Positions 19,233-28,319 of a stretch of DNA of 64,000 nucleotides are shown here, one piece after another (position 1 is the first letter of the stretch; each line of letters begins with the position of its first letter). The translations under genes were made by a program, and so were the position numbers. This stretch comes from Candidatus Elulimicrobiales bacterium (GTDB lineage: Bacteria > Patescibacteriota > Minisyncoccia > Phycocordibacterales > UBA5272): contig JAYFPW010000002.1 of assembly GCA_034927475.1 (NCBI GenBank), forward strand, positions 117,003 through 181,002, given 5' to 3'. The notes beneath the pieces are model-generated. The model worked only from the letters and a program-made list of their open reading frames with translations, was not told the DNA's origin and made no database searches.

Positions 19233-20228
19233 TTATTTTCTAGAATCAACAACGGTTTTATAAAGTTTATTTACATCTTCAAACCTATCTTCTAAAGTAG
19301 ATCCTAAAACCACTATGACAATTGGTCTATTAATATCATAATCAAACATAATTGCTAAATTTCCACCAGCTAAATCTGTAAAACCTGTTTTAGAAGCTAA
19401 AAGCCCAACCGATTGACTGGCATATATATTAGTATTTGGAATTTGTAAAAGATTCAAATAGTCTGAACGAATATCAACTCTCGAATTCGTTGTATAAGAC
19501 ATTATTTCAGGAATAAATTCATAACTTTTAGCAAAGAATTTTGCATATTCTTCTGCAGTCCCCACCCCTCCTAAAACTTCTCCATAATCTAAACCCGATG
19601 CAGAATTAAAACGGAAATTTTTAAAACCTAAACTTTTAACATAATCATTCATTTTAGAAACAAAAGAATAGTTAGTTTTTTCTATAGTTGATGCGATTAT
19701 ATCCATAGAAGAATTTGAAGATATAGCTAAACCATATTTTAAAAGATCAGAAAGTTTCCATATTTGACCTTCAACCATTCCATAATCTAATTTTTCATCT
19801 TCACGCATTAAATCACTTTTAACAGTAATTCTCGTATCTGCATTTTTTAAATTGATGGCTGTTGCAGCTGTAACTACTTTTGTAAGAGAAGCTAGAGGTA
19901 AAACAGTATTTGGATTTTTTGAATATAAAATCTCGTCATTTCTAACATCATAGACAACATAGCTTTTAGCGACAATGTTTTCAGGTAAACTCTTTTTTTG
20001 AATTTTTTCAGCTTTATGTCTCTCATTAACTTCTACGATTTTTTGATCAAAAATCTCCCTTTTTGATTTATTAATTAAATTTGAATATTTATTAATATCC
20101 AAAGGACTTTTACTTAAAAGTCTCGGTACAGTTTCCAAAGAAACTATAAAAAAAATAGAAGCGATCATGGTTATAATACCAAGATTTCGTAAGCTTTTAT
20201 ATTTAATTAAATCACCTTTTTGCTTCAT
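19233..20228 (-). CDS. D-alanyl-D-alanine carboxypeptidase (peptidase S11)
   Basis: PLASLTK (SxxK), SSN, KTGFT; N-terminal TM. Confidence 0.85.
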   Translation of the reverse strand: MKQKGDLIKYKSLRNLGIITMIASIFFIVSLETVPRLLSKSPLDINKYSNLINKSKREIFDQKIVEVNERHKAEKIQKKSLPENIVAKSYVVYDVRNDEILYSKNPNTVLPLASLTKVVTAATAINLKNADTRITVKSDLMREDEKLDYGMVEGQIWKLSDLLKYGLAISSNSSMDIIASTIEKTNYSFVSKMNDYVKSLGFKNFRFNSASGLDYGEVLGGVGTAEEYAKFFAKSYEFIPEIMSYTTNSRVDIRSDYLNLLQIPNTNIYASQSVGLLASKTGFTDLAGGNLAIMFDYDINRPIVIVVLGSTLEDRFEDVNKLYKTVVDSRK

Positions 20229-20235
20229 ATTTTTA

Positions 20236-20814
20236 CTATTTTAAATCAGAAGAACCTTCCTCTTTTTCTGTTTCCAAAACTTCCTTTAATCTTTCAGAAA
20301 AATCTGTTTTTATTTTTTCATATTCTGGTAAATCTTCAATATTTTTTAGCCCTAACATTTGTAAAGCTTCGGTGGAAAGAGAATATTTTTCACCTTCTCT
20401 TTTTAAAAGACCTCTTACCGAAAGTGAGCGAATACTTTGAGAAGACTGGATTCCGCGAATAAAAGAAATTTCATTTTTTGTAGAAGAACCTAAATAAGCG
20501 CAAATAGTTAAAACTTGTAATGAAGCAGGTGTTAATTCTCCCTCTAGTTCATTGATGCGTATTTTTCTAGTTATATCATTTAAAGCATTATCAATAGCTA
20601 AAGAATATTCAGTCTTATTTTCGTTTTTAGCATCATTTTTTATAAGCAATAGTCCCATTTGAGGTAATATATTTTCTAAACTATTAATCGCTTCTAAAAT
20701 ATTTTCACTAGTTAGGCTTTCATCATCTAAAAAACTCTTAATTTTTTCTAGAGTTATAGGTTCATTATATAAAAAAAGTATAGCTGAAATCCTTTTAATT
20801 AAAATATTATTCAT
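20236..20814 (-). CDS. scpB: Segregation/condensation protein B
   Basis: AILF..EPITL, LTPASLQVL.I.AY, ISFIRG, LEDLP-like C-terminus. Confidence 0.85.
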   Translation of the reverse strand: MNNILIKRISAILFLYNEPITLEKIKSFLDDESLTSENILEAINSLENILPQMGLLLIKNDAKNENKTEYSLAIDNALNDITRKIRINELEGELTPASLQVLTICAYLGSSTKNEISFIRGIQSSQSIRSLSVRGLLKREGEKYSLSTEALQMLGLKNIEDLPEYEKIKTDFSERLKEVLETEKEEGSSDLK

Positions 20815-20836
20815 AATTCTTTAAAATTATAACACA

Positions 20837-21574
20837 TCACACTTTACTTATACTTATCTCATTAAATCCTTGCCCTTGTTCTGCATCTAAAACTCCATTT
20901 TTAATAAGTTCGAGCATTGCTAAAAAAGAAACAATAAAAGCTGATTTTTTTTCTTCTAAATTTTTCGCTTCCCCTGATAAAGAATTTGAAAAATCTTTAA
21001 AAGAAACATTAAAACTGGAAGTAACTCTTTCTAGTAATTTTTCTATAACATCTTCAATTTTTAAAACCTGTTTTACAGCTACCTGCTTAAGTCTCTCTTT
21101 TTTAGGAATTTTTAAAAGCGAAGCTATGGCAATAGAATGTAATAAGGTAGTATCAACTCTTCTGTCCCAAACAAAAACAGTTTCGTTATTCTGAAATTTT
21201 GATACACCGTGTAAACTATTTTTTCCAAATATTTTATTAATATTTTTCCCTGCCTCAATCACTATTTTATAAAGCTCTAATTTTTTTTCTAAATTAGAGA
21301 CAGTTTCTTTTTCTTCTCCAGAATAAGAAATTGTAGGAAAGAGGGACTTAGCTTTGATTAGCATAAGAGTAGAAGCAACAGAAATAAATTGAGAAATATC
21401 AACAATATCCTTCTCCCCTTTTTCTCGCAGCTCTTTAATATAGGAAATATATTCATCGGTAACTTGAGCTAGAGAAAATTCATTAATAGAAAGTTTTCTT
21501 GCTTCAATAAGTTCAAGTAATTTAAAATACGGACCAGAAAATCTTTCTAGAGTTACATTAAAGCCGTCTTGCAT
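20837..21574 (-). CDS. scpA: Kleisin ScpA
   Basis: FSGPY..LLELI, LA.VTDEY, LM.IKAKSL.P, SFLAMLEL.K...EQ..F.EI. Confidence 0.88.
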   Translation of the reverse strand: MQDGFNVTLERFSGPYFKLLELIEARKLSINEFSLAQVTDEYISYIKELREKGEKDIVDISQFISVASTLMLIKAKSLFPTISYSGEEKETVSNLEKKLELYKIVIEAGKNINKIFGKNSLHGVSKFQNNETVFVWDRRVDTTLLHSIAIASLLKIPKKERLKQVAVKQVLKIEDVIEKLLERVTSSFNVSFKDFSNSLSGEAKNLEEKKSAFIVSFLAMLELIKNGVLDAEQGQGFNEISISKV

Positions 21575-21592
21575 AATAATAAAATTATAACA

Positions 21593-22609
21593 CTAAAAGT
21601 CTAACCCCGTTTCTTTTTTTACTTTTCTCATCATTATTTCACCTTTTTTGTGAGCTTTTTTAGCGCCAGACTTTAGAACTGACAGCATTTCTTTTTTTCC
21701 TTTCGGAGTATTTAAATAATAATGATATTTTTTCTTCATTTCTGAAAAATATGAAAGAATTGTATTTAAAAGATCTTCTTTAGCTTCTTTATAACTATAA
21801 GGATTTTTGTCGCTATTCAAAAATTTCTCTCGTAATTTTTCATCTTCTTTTTTATTTAAGAAAATTTTGTGAATCTTATAAATTAAAACTTCGTCTGGAT
21901 TTTTCTTTTCATTTGGAGCTTTGCTGTCAGTTTTAATACTCATCACTTTTTTCTTAATCTCATCGTCTGAGGCAAACATTGCAATAGCGTTGCCTTTACT
22001 TTTACTCATTTTTTTCCCATCAATACCTGGTACAACTTCTAGTTCTTTAACGGAATACCCTTTTGGGAATTTAAAAGTATTTACATTATAAGCTCTGTTA
22101 TATTTTCCAGCTATTTCTCTTGTCATTTCTAAATGCTGTTCCTGGTCTTTTCCAATCGGAACTATATCTGCATTGTATAAAAGAATATCTGAAGCCATTA
22201 ATACTGGATAATCTAGAAGACCAATATTTACATCTTTTTTTTCATTTTCTTTATCTCTTTCTTTATCTTTAAAAGCATGAGACAAAAAGAGCATTGGAAG
22301 TGGGGTTACTGTATTTAAAATCCAAGTTAATTCTGTGACTAACGGTACATCGCTTTGTTTAAAAATAACAACTTTTTTCTTATCAAAACCGCAAGCTAAA
22401 TAAGCGGCGGCCGTTTCTAAGATTTTTTGATTTCTTTCTTTTTTATCAAGCAAAGTTGTCATCGAATGATAATCCGCTAAGAAAATATATGCTTCGTAGT
22501 TGCCAGAATTAACAAGCTCTACCATTTGTTTAATGGCTCCAAAATAATTTCCCAAATGAAGTTCTCCACTGGTTTGAACACCTGAAACTAAAACTTTCTT
22601 ACTCTTCAT
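21593..22609 (-). CDS. trpS: Tryptophanyl-tRNA synthetase
   Basis: SGVQTSGELHLGNYFGA, YPVLMASDIL, GKDQEQHLE, KMSKS. Confidence 0.96.
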   Translation of the reverse strand: MKSKKVLVSGVQTSGELHLGNYFGAIKQMVELVNSGNYEAYIFLADYHSMTTLLDKKERNQKILETAAAYLACGFDKKKVVIFKQSDVPLVTELTWILNTVTPLPMLFLSHAFKDKERDKENEKKDVNIGLLDYPVLMASDILLYNADIVPIGKDQEQHLEMTREIAGKYNRAYNVNTFKFPKGYSVKELEVVPGIDGKKMSKSKGNAIAMFASDDEIKKKVMSIKTDSKAPNEKKNPDEVLIYKIHKIFLNKKEDEKLREKFLNSDKNPYSYKEAKEDLLNTILSYFSEMKKKYHYYLNTPKGKKEMLSVLKSGAKKAHKKGEIMMRKVKKETGLDF

Positions 22610-22629
22610 ATATTTTTCTATTTTTTATC

Positions 22630-25032
22630 TTAATTTTGAATTGATGTGGTGGCTACAGAATCTGTAGGAGTGTTTGTCTCAGTTTGAGTATTTCCTGAAG
22701 TTTGCGCCTTGTTGGCGGTTGATAAAAAATCTTTTAATTCTTTTATATTTTTATCTTCAGGTAAAATCTGACTCAAAACATTAGCTAATTCATAAGCTTT
22801 ATCATACTCCCCAACAATTGTATAAGTAACAGATAAATAATATGCCGCTACAACATTGTTTGGATCCAAAGTGAGTGCTGTAACAAAAGCTGTATAAGCT
22901 TGGTTTAGTTCGTCTTGAGTAAGTCCTTCTTTATTTAAGATCAAAATACCAAACTGTAAATAAGCATCTACATTTTGAGGGTCTGCTTGTATAGCTCTCA
23001 CGGCGTATTCTAAAGCTAAATCTCTGTTGTTATTCTGAGCAGCTAATTGAGAGAATAAATAATGAGCTGTTGAATAATTAGGTTTGACCTCTAAAGATTT
23101 TTGTAAAGTTGCTGCTGTAGTTGTTCCACTTTGATTATAAGCGTATTCAAGATTAGCTAAATTTAGATAAAGAGAAGGGTTTTTAGGGTACAAAGAAACA
23201 GCTGTGTTGTATGCTAATTTTGCTTTTTCATAATGGGTATTTTTGTTTTGTTTATCAAGATCCATTAAATATGAATAGACAGATCCTAAAGAGATGTAGT
23301 TATTGAAGTCCTTATTATCCATTTTAATTGCTGTTTCGGCAGAAATTATAGCTTTATTTGCAGTATCGATTATATTTTTTTGTAATAATTCTATATCACT
23401 AGATGTAGAGTTTAAAATAAGTCCAGTGTTAAACAAATAGAATTGTGATAATAATCTATAACCATAATCATTATTTATAAAAGCTTTCGCTCCTTTTATT
23501 AATCCTTTTTCAAGCTCGACAAGATTACCAGTTTCTCCATAATTTTTTAAAGCATTGTTTGTGATATACACAGATCTTATTCTGCTAAAGGATGAAATTA
23601 TTCCAACCAGTAAAAGTAAGAATAATATCAAAGATATCAAGTTGTACATTTTAGTAGATTTAGAATCTTTCCATTTAAAGAGTGTTCCAAGAACTAAAGC
23701 TAAGGTTAAAGCAAAAAGTAAGATAGAAATAGTTATATTTGCAAAAAATAGCATCAGAAATACAGAGAAAACAAAAAGTGTACCAGTTGCTAAAATGTAA
23801 AACATTTCTTCTTGATTTAATTCAAAATCTTCTTTTAAGGAGTTGATTTTTCTTACCTCTTTAAATATTTTGATTGTTGGAAGAACTATTATAATTAAAA
23901 CAAAAATTAAACCAACAATACCTAAAGTTACAGCCAGAGTAGTTACAGCAGAGAAAGATGAAGAAAACTCTACACCCCAATATGAAGAATCAATTACAGC
24001 CTGAGGTTTTCCTTGTTGCCAAACTCTGTAAAAATCAGCTGGACCAGAACCGAATATTTTACCTTTAGCTAATTCTGTTTTTATTAAATCAAGACTTAGT
24101 CCTACATCCGGTTTAACAAACCCATAACTTATACCAGAAATTTTATTTGTAAAAACAGCGTAACTTTGCGCAAGTTTTGAAGTTGGTCCGGAAGAAAAAA
24201 TAAATAGAAGAGAAAAGAGTAAAGAGACTAAGAAAACATAAAAAGAAGCTCTTTGGAAGAATTTTAGAGGTTTCTTTTCATTTTCCTCTTTTGATTTATT
24301 TGCTAATCTAGTAAATAATAAAACAAATAAGGAAGAAAGAGCTAATGCGTACCAAATGTCAGGAACAATTATAAATGAGATTAATATTAAGTGTAAGAAT
24401 ATTAATATAAGAGAAGTGGTTTTTTGAGATTTGGTAGAAGCTATAGTTTCGAAATAAACTAAAGTTAAAATTACAATAATAGCTGAAGCGACAGCCACAA
24501 TATCCCAATTTTCAATAAAGAAGGTTAATTTGCTTGCGAATGCAACTAGGCCAAATTTAGACATTATAAGAGCTAATATTGTAGGTAATGTAACTAAAAG
24601 AGTACCTAAGACCAAAAATGACCAGGTTAATCTTTTAAAGTGTTTTGCATAAGAAGCGATAATTAAAACTAAACAGAAAAGAGCTATATAAGTTAAACCG
24701 CTATTTAAGTAAACATATTTTCCAAAAAATGAATCAAAAAATCCTCCTGAAAAAATAGTAGAAAGTAAAATTAGAATCGGAAAAGCTGCCATTAAAGACC
24801 TAACCAATTTACTTTCCGGTAAAGGTACTTCTTTTTTTCTAAAAAGAAGTAATGAGTAAAGAATAAATGCTATACCAGTCACAAATAAAAGTATAGTATT
24901 CTTAGTCAACTCTACAGAAACAAAAGATGCAGGTGTTGAAAATTTATAAAAAATAGTAAATATTAAACCTAAAAAACTAATCAAAAAACCAGAAAACATT
25001 AAAGTCTTATTTAAAGATAACTTTTTTAACAT
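22630..25032 (-). CDS. Polytopic membrane protein (O-antigen-ligase/OTase-like) with C-terminal TPR repeats
   Basis: Many TM helices, FGSGPADF loop, TLGIVG, then TPR-like repeats (YPKNP, KPNYS, DPQNV, DPNNV). Confidence 0.6.
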   Translation of the reverse strand: MLKKLSLNKTLMFSGFLISFLGLIFTIFYKFSTPASFVSVELTKNTILLFVTGIAFILYSLLLFRKKEVPLPESKLVRSLMAAFPILILLSTIFSGGFFDSFFGKYVYLNSGLTYIALFCLVLIIASYAKHFKRLTWSFLVLGTLLVTLPTILALIMSKFGLVAFASKLTFFIENWDIVAVASAIIVILTLVYFETIASTKSQKTTSLILIFLHLILISFIIVPDIWYALALSSLFVLLFTRLANKSKEENEKKPLKFFQRASFYVFLVSLLFSLLFIFSSGPTSKLAQSYAVFTNKISGISYGFVKPDVGLSLDLIKTELAKGKIFGSGPADFYRVWQQGKPQAVIDSSYWGVEFSSSFSAVTTLAVTLGIVGLIFVLIIIVLPTIKIFKEVRKINSLKEDFELNQEEMFYILATGTLFVFSVFLMLFFANITISILLFALTLALVLGTLFKWKDSKSTKMYNLISLILFLLLLVGIISSFSRIRSVYITNNALKNYGETGNLVELEKGLIKGAKAFINNDYGYRLLSQFYLFNTGLILNSTSSDIELLQKNIIDTANKAIISAETAIKMDNKDFNNYISLGSVYSYLMDLDKQNKNTHYEKAKLAYNTAVSLYPKNPSLYLNLANLEYAYNQSGTTTAATLQKSLEVKPNYSTAHYLFSQLAAQNNNRDLALEYAVRAIQADPQNVDAYLQFGILILNKEGLTQDELNQAYTAFVTALTLDPNNVVAAYYLSVTYTIVGEYDKAYELANVLSQILPEDKNIKELKDFLSTANKAQTSGNTQTETNTPTDSVATTSIQN

Positions 25033-25097
25033 ATTTGAATATAATAATTATAGCTCTTAATGAGATTTTATTATACCACAAAGAAAGCTATCAAATA

Positions 25098-26030
25098 CTA
25101 TATTTTCAAATATCTTCTCATTGCCAAAAGTGAAGAAATTGTGGTCAAAAGGAGACTGATAACTAATAGTAATAGGAATAAAATAAAGAAATTCTGTAAA
25201 AAATACTGGAATATATCTAAACCACTAAAAAACTCAGTTGTTTTCTTTGCTAAATAGAAGGTGGTTGGTACAAAGAAAATCATCGCTAAAATTGAAGAAA
25301 TTACAGCATAAATGCTAGATTCTACTAAAAATGGACCTCTGATATACATATTAGATGCACCCACCAGCTTCATAACAGCAATCTCTTCCCTGTATATAAA
25401 GATAGAAAGTCTGATAGTGTTAAAAATAATTAAAGAACTAATAATAATAAATAACAGAGTTATCCAGTATCCTATAGAATTAAACAAACGAATCATATTA
25501 TTTAATCTATCGATTGTGGGCTTTAATTCAAAATAGTTTATTTTATCCACAGCTGAATAAGAAGCGCCTAAAAATTCTGATTCTGAACTTAAAGTGTTAG
25601 AAATGTAATCATAACTATTTGGATCATTGGCTATAACAGTCAACATAGCCCCAAAAGGATTTGCGTCTAGCTCAGATAAGGCTTGAAGAGTGACAGGGTC
25701 ATTCGAGTGTTTAATTTGAAAATCTTCTAAAGATTGTTCAGCTGTGACAAGTTCAACAGATTTAACTTCCGGTAAAGTTTCTATTTTGTTTTTTATATCC
25801 AAAATCTGAGAATCTTCTGCATCCAGTTTAAAATAAATTTTAATATCCACCTTATTTCTAACTTGATCTAAAGAATAATCAAAAATACCTCTAAAGAAAA
25901 AGAATACTCCAATAACAATGAGTGTTGTAGTTAAAATTCCTATAGAAGAAAGAGAAACTGTCTTGTTTCTTAAAAAACTAAGAAATCCTGATTTAAACAC
26001 TCTTTTTGTTGATGTAATCTTTTTTTTCAT
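25098..26030 (-). CDS. ftsX: Cell division permease FtsX
   Basis: IFNTIRLSI..REEIAVMKLVGAS..IRGPF..E; follows ftsE. Confidence 0.93.
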   Translation of the reverse strand: MKKKITSTKRVFKSGFLSFLRNKTVSLSSIGILTTTLIVIGVFFFFRGIFDYSLDQVRNKVDIKIYFKLDAEDSQILDIKNKIETLPEVKSVELVTAEQSLEDFQIKHSNDPVTLQALSELDANPFGAMLTVIANDPNSYDYISNTLSSESEFLGASYSAVDKINYFELKPTIDRLNNMIRLFNSIGYWITLLFIIISSLIIFNTIRLSIFIYREEIAVMKLVGASNMYIRGPFLVESSIYAVISSILAMIFFVPTTFYLAKKTTEFFSGLDIFQYFLQNFFILFLLLLVISLLLTTISSLLAMRRYLKI

Positions 26031-26039
26031 ATAGTTTTA

Positions 26040-26720
26040 TTAAATTGAATATTTCCCAACCTTTTCATCTTTTAAAATCCTCCCGTCTTGCATACTCACT
26101 ACTCTCTTTTTAAGATGATCAATTACTCCTTTATTGTGAGTAGTTAGAATAACAGTTGTGCCTAAATCATTGATTTTTTTCAAGACTTGAATAATATCGT
26201 AAGTATTAACTGGGTCAAGATTTCCTGTTGGCTCATCGGCAATCAAAATTTCTGGTCTATTAACTAAAGCTCTAGCAATTACCACTCTTTGCTTTTCTCC
26301 ACCAGATAGCTGATCTGGAAAATGAAATATTTTATTTCTTAAATCTACCAAATCTAAAACATTTGGAACATCTCTAGCAATTTCTTCATCTGTTTTTCCA
26401 GCAGCTTCCATAGCAAAAGCAATATTTTCAAAAACTGTTTTATTTTGTAAAAGTCTATAATCTTGAAAAACTACACCTATCTTTCTGCGAAAATCAGTTA
26501 AATCTCTTCCTTTTAATTTACTTACTTGATTAGAATGAAAAGACACCTTACCATAAGTTGGTTTCTCTTCCGCTAGTATCATTTTAATTAAAGTTGTTTT
26601 ACCTGCTCCAGAATGACCAACAATTGAAACAAGTTCACCTTTGTCAATTGTCAGATTAATATCGTCTAAAGCGACAAAACCTCCTGGATATTCTTTTCTT
26701 AAATTCTCGAAATAGAGCAT
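26040..26720 (-). CDS. ftsE: Cell division ATPase FtsE
   Basis: GHSGAGKTT, VFQDYRLL, LSGGEKQR, ADEPTGNLDP. Confidence 0.94.
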   Translation of the reverse strand: MLYFENLRKEYPGGFVALDDINLTIDKGELVSIVGHSGAGKTTLIKMILAEEKPTYGKVSFHSNQVSKLKGRDLTDFRRKIGVVFQDYRLLQNKTVFENIAFAMEAAGKTDEEIARDVPNVLDLVDLRNKIFHFPDQLSGGEKQRVVIARALVNRPEILIADEPTGNLDPVNTYDIIQVLKKINDLGTTVILTTHNKGVIDHLKKRVVSMQDGRILKDEKVGKYSI

Positions 26721-26789
26721 AAAAAATAGCTTTCTAGCTTAACTTTTATATTCTAGCACAATTTTTCTCTTTGCAAATAACTTATTAAC

Positions 26790-26818
26790 AAAAAACGAGG
26801 TTAATAACCTCGTTTTTT
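26790..26818. terminator. Intrinsic terminator
   Basis: AAAAAACGAGGTTA-A-TAACCTCGTTTTTT. Confidence 0.8.
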
Positions 26819-26846
26819 AAATTATAGTTTTACTTATTTTTTTACA

Positions 26847-27029
26847 TTATGTTGTTTTATAAACTTCTTTTAAAATCACTAATATAAGAGCTATCAAAGA
26901 AATAATAAAAAAACAAAACGAAAATAGGCTAGAAGAAAGCCCATTTCTAATTGTTGATATTAGAAAGTAAATAAAACCAACACTTGTAAATACACTAAGT
27001 GTAAAAAGAGCAAATCTAAATTTTTTCAT
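26847..27029 (-). CDS. 60-aa two-TM orphan
   Basis: Two hydrophobic helices; promoter TTTACA-17-TATAGT at 27060-27088; terminator downstream. Confidence 0.6.
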   Translation of the reverse strand: MKKFRFALFTLSVFTSVGFIYFLISTIRNGLSSSLFSFCFFIISLIALILVILKEVYKTT

Positions 27030-27094
27030 CTTTTGTCAATTTTTTGTTTAGCTAATTAAACTATACAATATTTTTAAGAATTTGTAAAATAAAT

Positions 27095-27973
27095 CTAACT
27101 TTGGATAAAATCTTCCAACTCCCCTTTTTCTAAAACTTTTTCCACATCACTAGCTTCCACTCCAGTTCTTAAATCTTTAATGAGTTTATATGGATGCAAA
27201 ACATAATTTCTGATTTGATTCCCCCACTCTATTTCTGTAGTTTTAGAAATTTGTCTTCCTTCTATTTCAGCTTGTCTTTTTTCTTCTTCTAATTTAAATA
27301 ATTTTGCATAAAGTAAAGCTAAAGCTTTTTCTTTGTTTTGTTCCTGACTTCTTTCGGTAGAAATTTGTACAGAAATATTTGTTGGCTTATGAACCAATCT
27401 CACTGCTGTTTCTCTTTTATTTACATTTTGCCCACCAGGGCCAGAAGATTTTGAAGTTTCTATTTCTATTTCTTCATCACTTATACTATTTTTAAATTTA
27501 TCAAATTCTAATTTTGGAAGTATGGGAAGAATTTCCACTAAAACAAAACTAGTATGTCTTTTTGCATTTGCGTTAAATGGAGAAAGTCGTACTAGTCTAT
27601 GAACACCAGATTCATTTTTTAATTTTTTATAAACATTTTTTCCATTAATTTCTAAAGATAAATTTCGGTATCCTCCATGATCATTTTGATTTTCGTGTAA
27701 AAATAAAACACTCCAACCTTGTTTCTCAAAATATTTTAAATACATATTTAAAAGCATTTTCGCAAAATCTTCACTATCATCACCTCCAGCTCCAGCTAAA
27801 ATATTTAAAATGGCTCCACCTTTATCCAAAACAGAATCTCCTTCTAGCTCCGCTTTTAAATCTTTTATTTTTTGAATTACATCTTGCGCGTGAACTTTAT
27901 CACTCCAAAAATCCGGCTCGTATAAATGCATTTCTAATTCCTCTATTTCTTTTTGAATTTCCGATTTATTCAT
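27095..27973 (-). CDS. prfB: Peptide chain release factor 2 (shortened)
   Basis: GAGG, ESGVHRLVRLSPF (SPF tripeptide), GPGGQNVNK, ERSQ..N, WGNQIRNY. Confidence 0.9.
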   Translation of the reverse strand: MNKSEIQKEIEELEMHLYEPDFWSDKVHAQDVIQKIKDLKAELEGDSVLDKGGAILNILAGAGGDDSEDFAKMLLNMYLKYFEKQGWSVLFLHENQNDHGGYRNLSLEINGKNVYKKLKNESGVHRLVRLSPFNANAKRHTSFVLVEILPILPKLEFDKFKNSISDEEIEIETSKSSGPGGQNVNKRETAVRLVHKPTNISVQISTERSQEQNKEKALALLYAKLFKLEEEKRQAEIEGRQISKTTEIEWGNQIRNYVLHPYKLIKDLRTGVEASDVEKVLEKGELEDFIQS

Positions 27974-28301
27974 GGTTAAAAAGATTAGTCATACACTCAT
28001 TATGTTTTGTGATAACAACTTGCTTTAAAGAAGAAATACTATAAACATAACTAACAGCTGTTAGTAGAATTACTACTAAAAGTAAAATTTTAAAATTTTT
28101 TTTATTAAATAATAAAATGATTACTCCAAATAATGTAAAAAGTCTAGAAAAAAGATAATCATTATCTAATAAAATATCCCTGTAGGAACAGACCATAACA
28201 CCGACTGTGGTTGTCTTAAAGAGGGTTACGACAAATAAAATTACTCCAAATACGATACTAATTATTCCTATAATGTTATAAAAATTTATTTTCTTTTTCA
28301 T
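27966..28301 (-). CDS. Hypothetical three-TM membrane protein
   Basis: Hydrophobic; stop overlaps the prfB start by 8 nt. Confidence 0.6.
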   Translation of the reverse strand: MKKKINFYNIIGIISIVFGVILFVVTLFKTTTVGVMVCSYRDILLDNDYLFSRLFTLFGVIILLFNKKNFKILLLVVILLTAVSYVYSISSLKQVVITKHNECMTNLFNHE

Positions 28302-28319
28302 ATATTTATTTTAATAATA

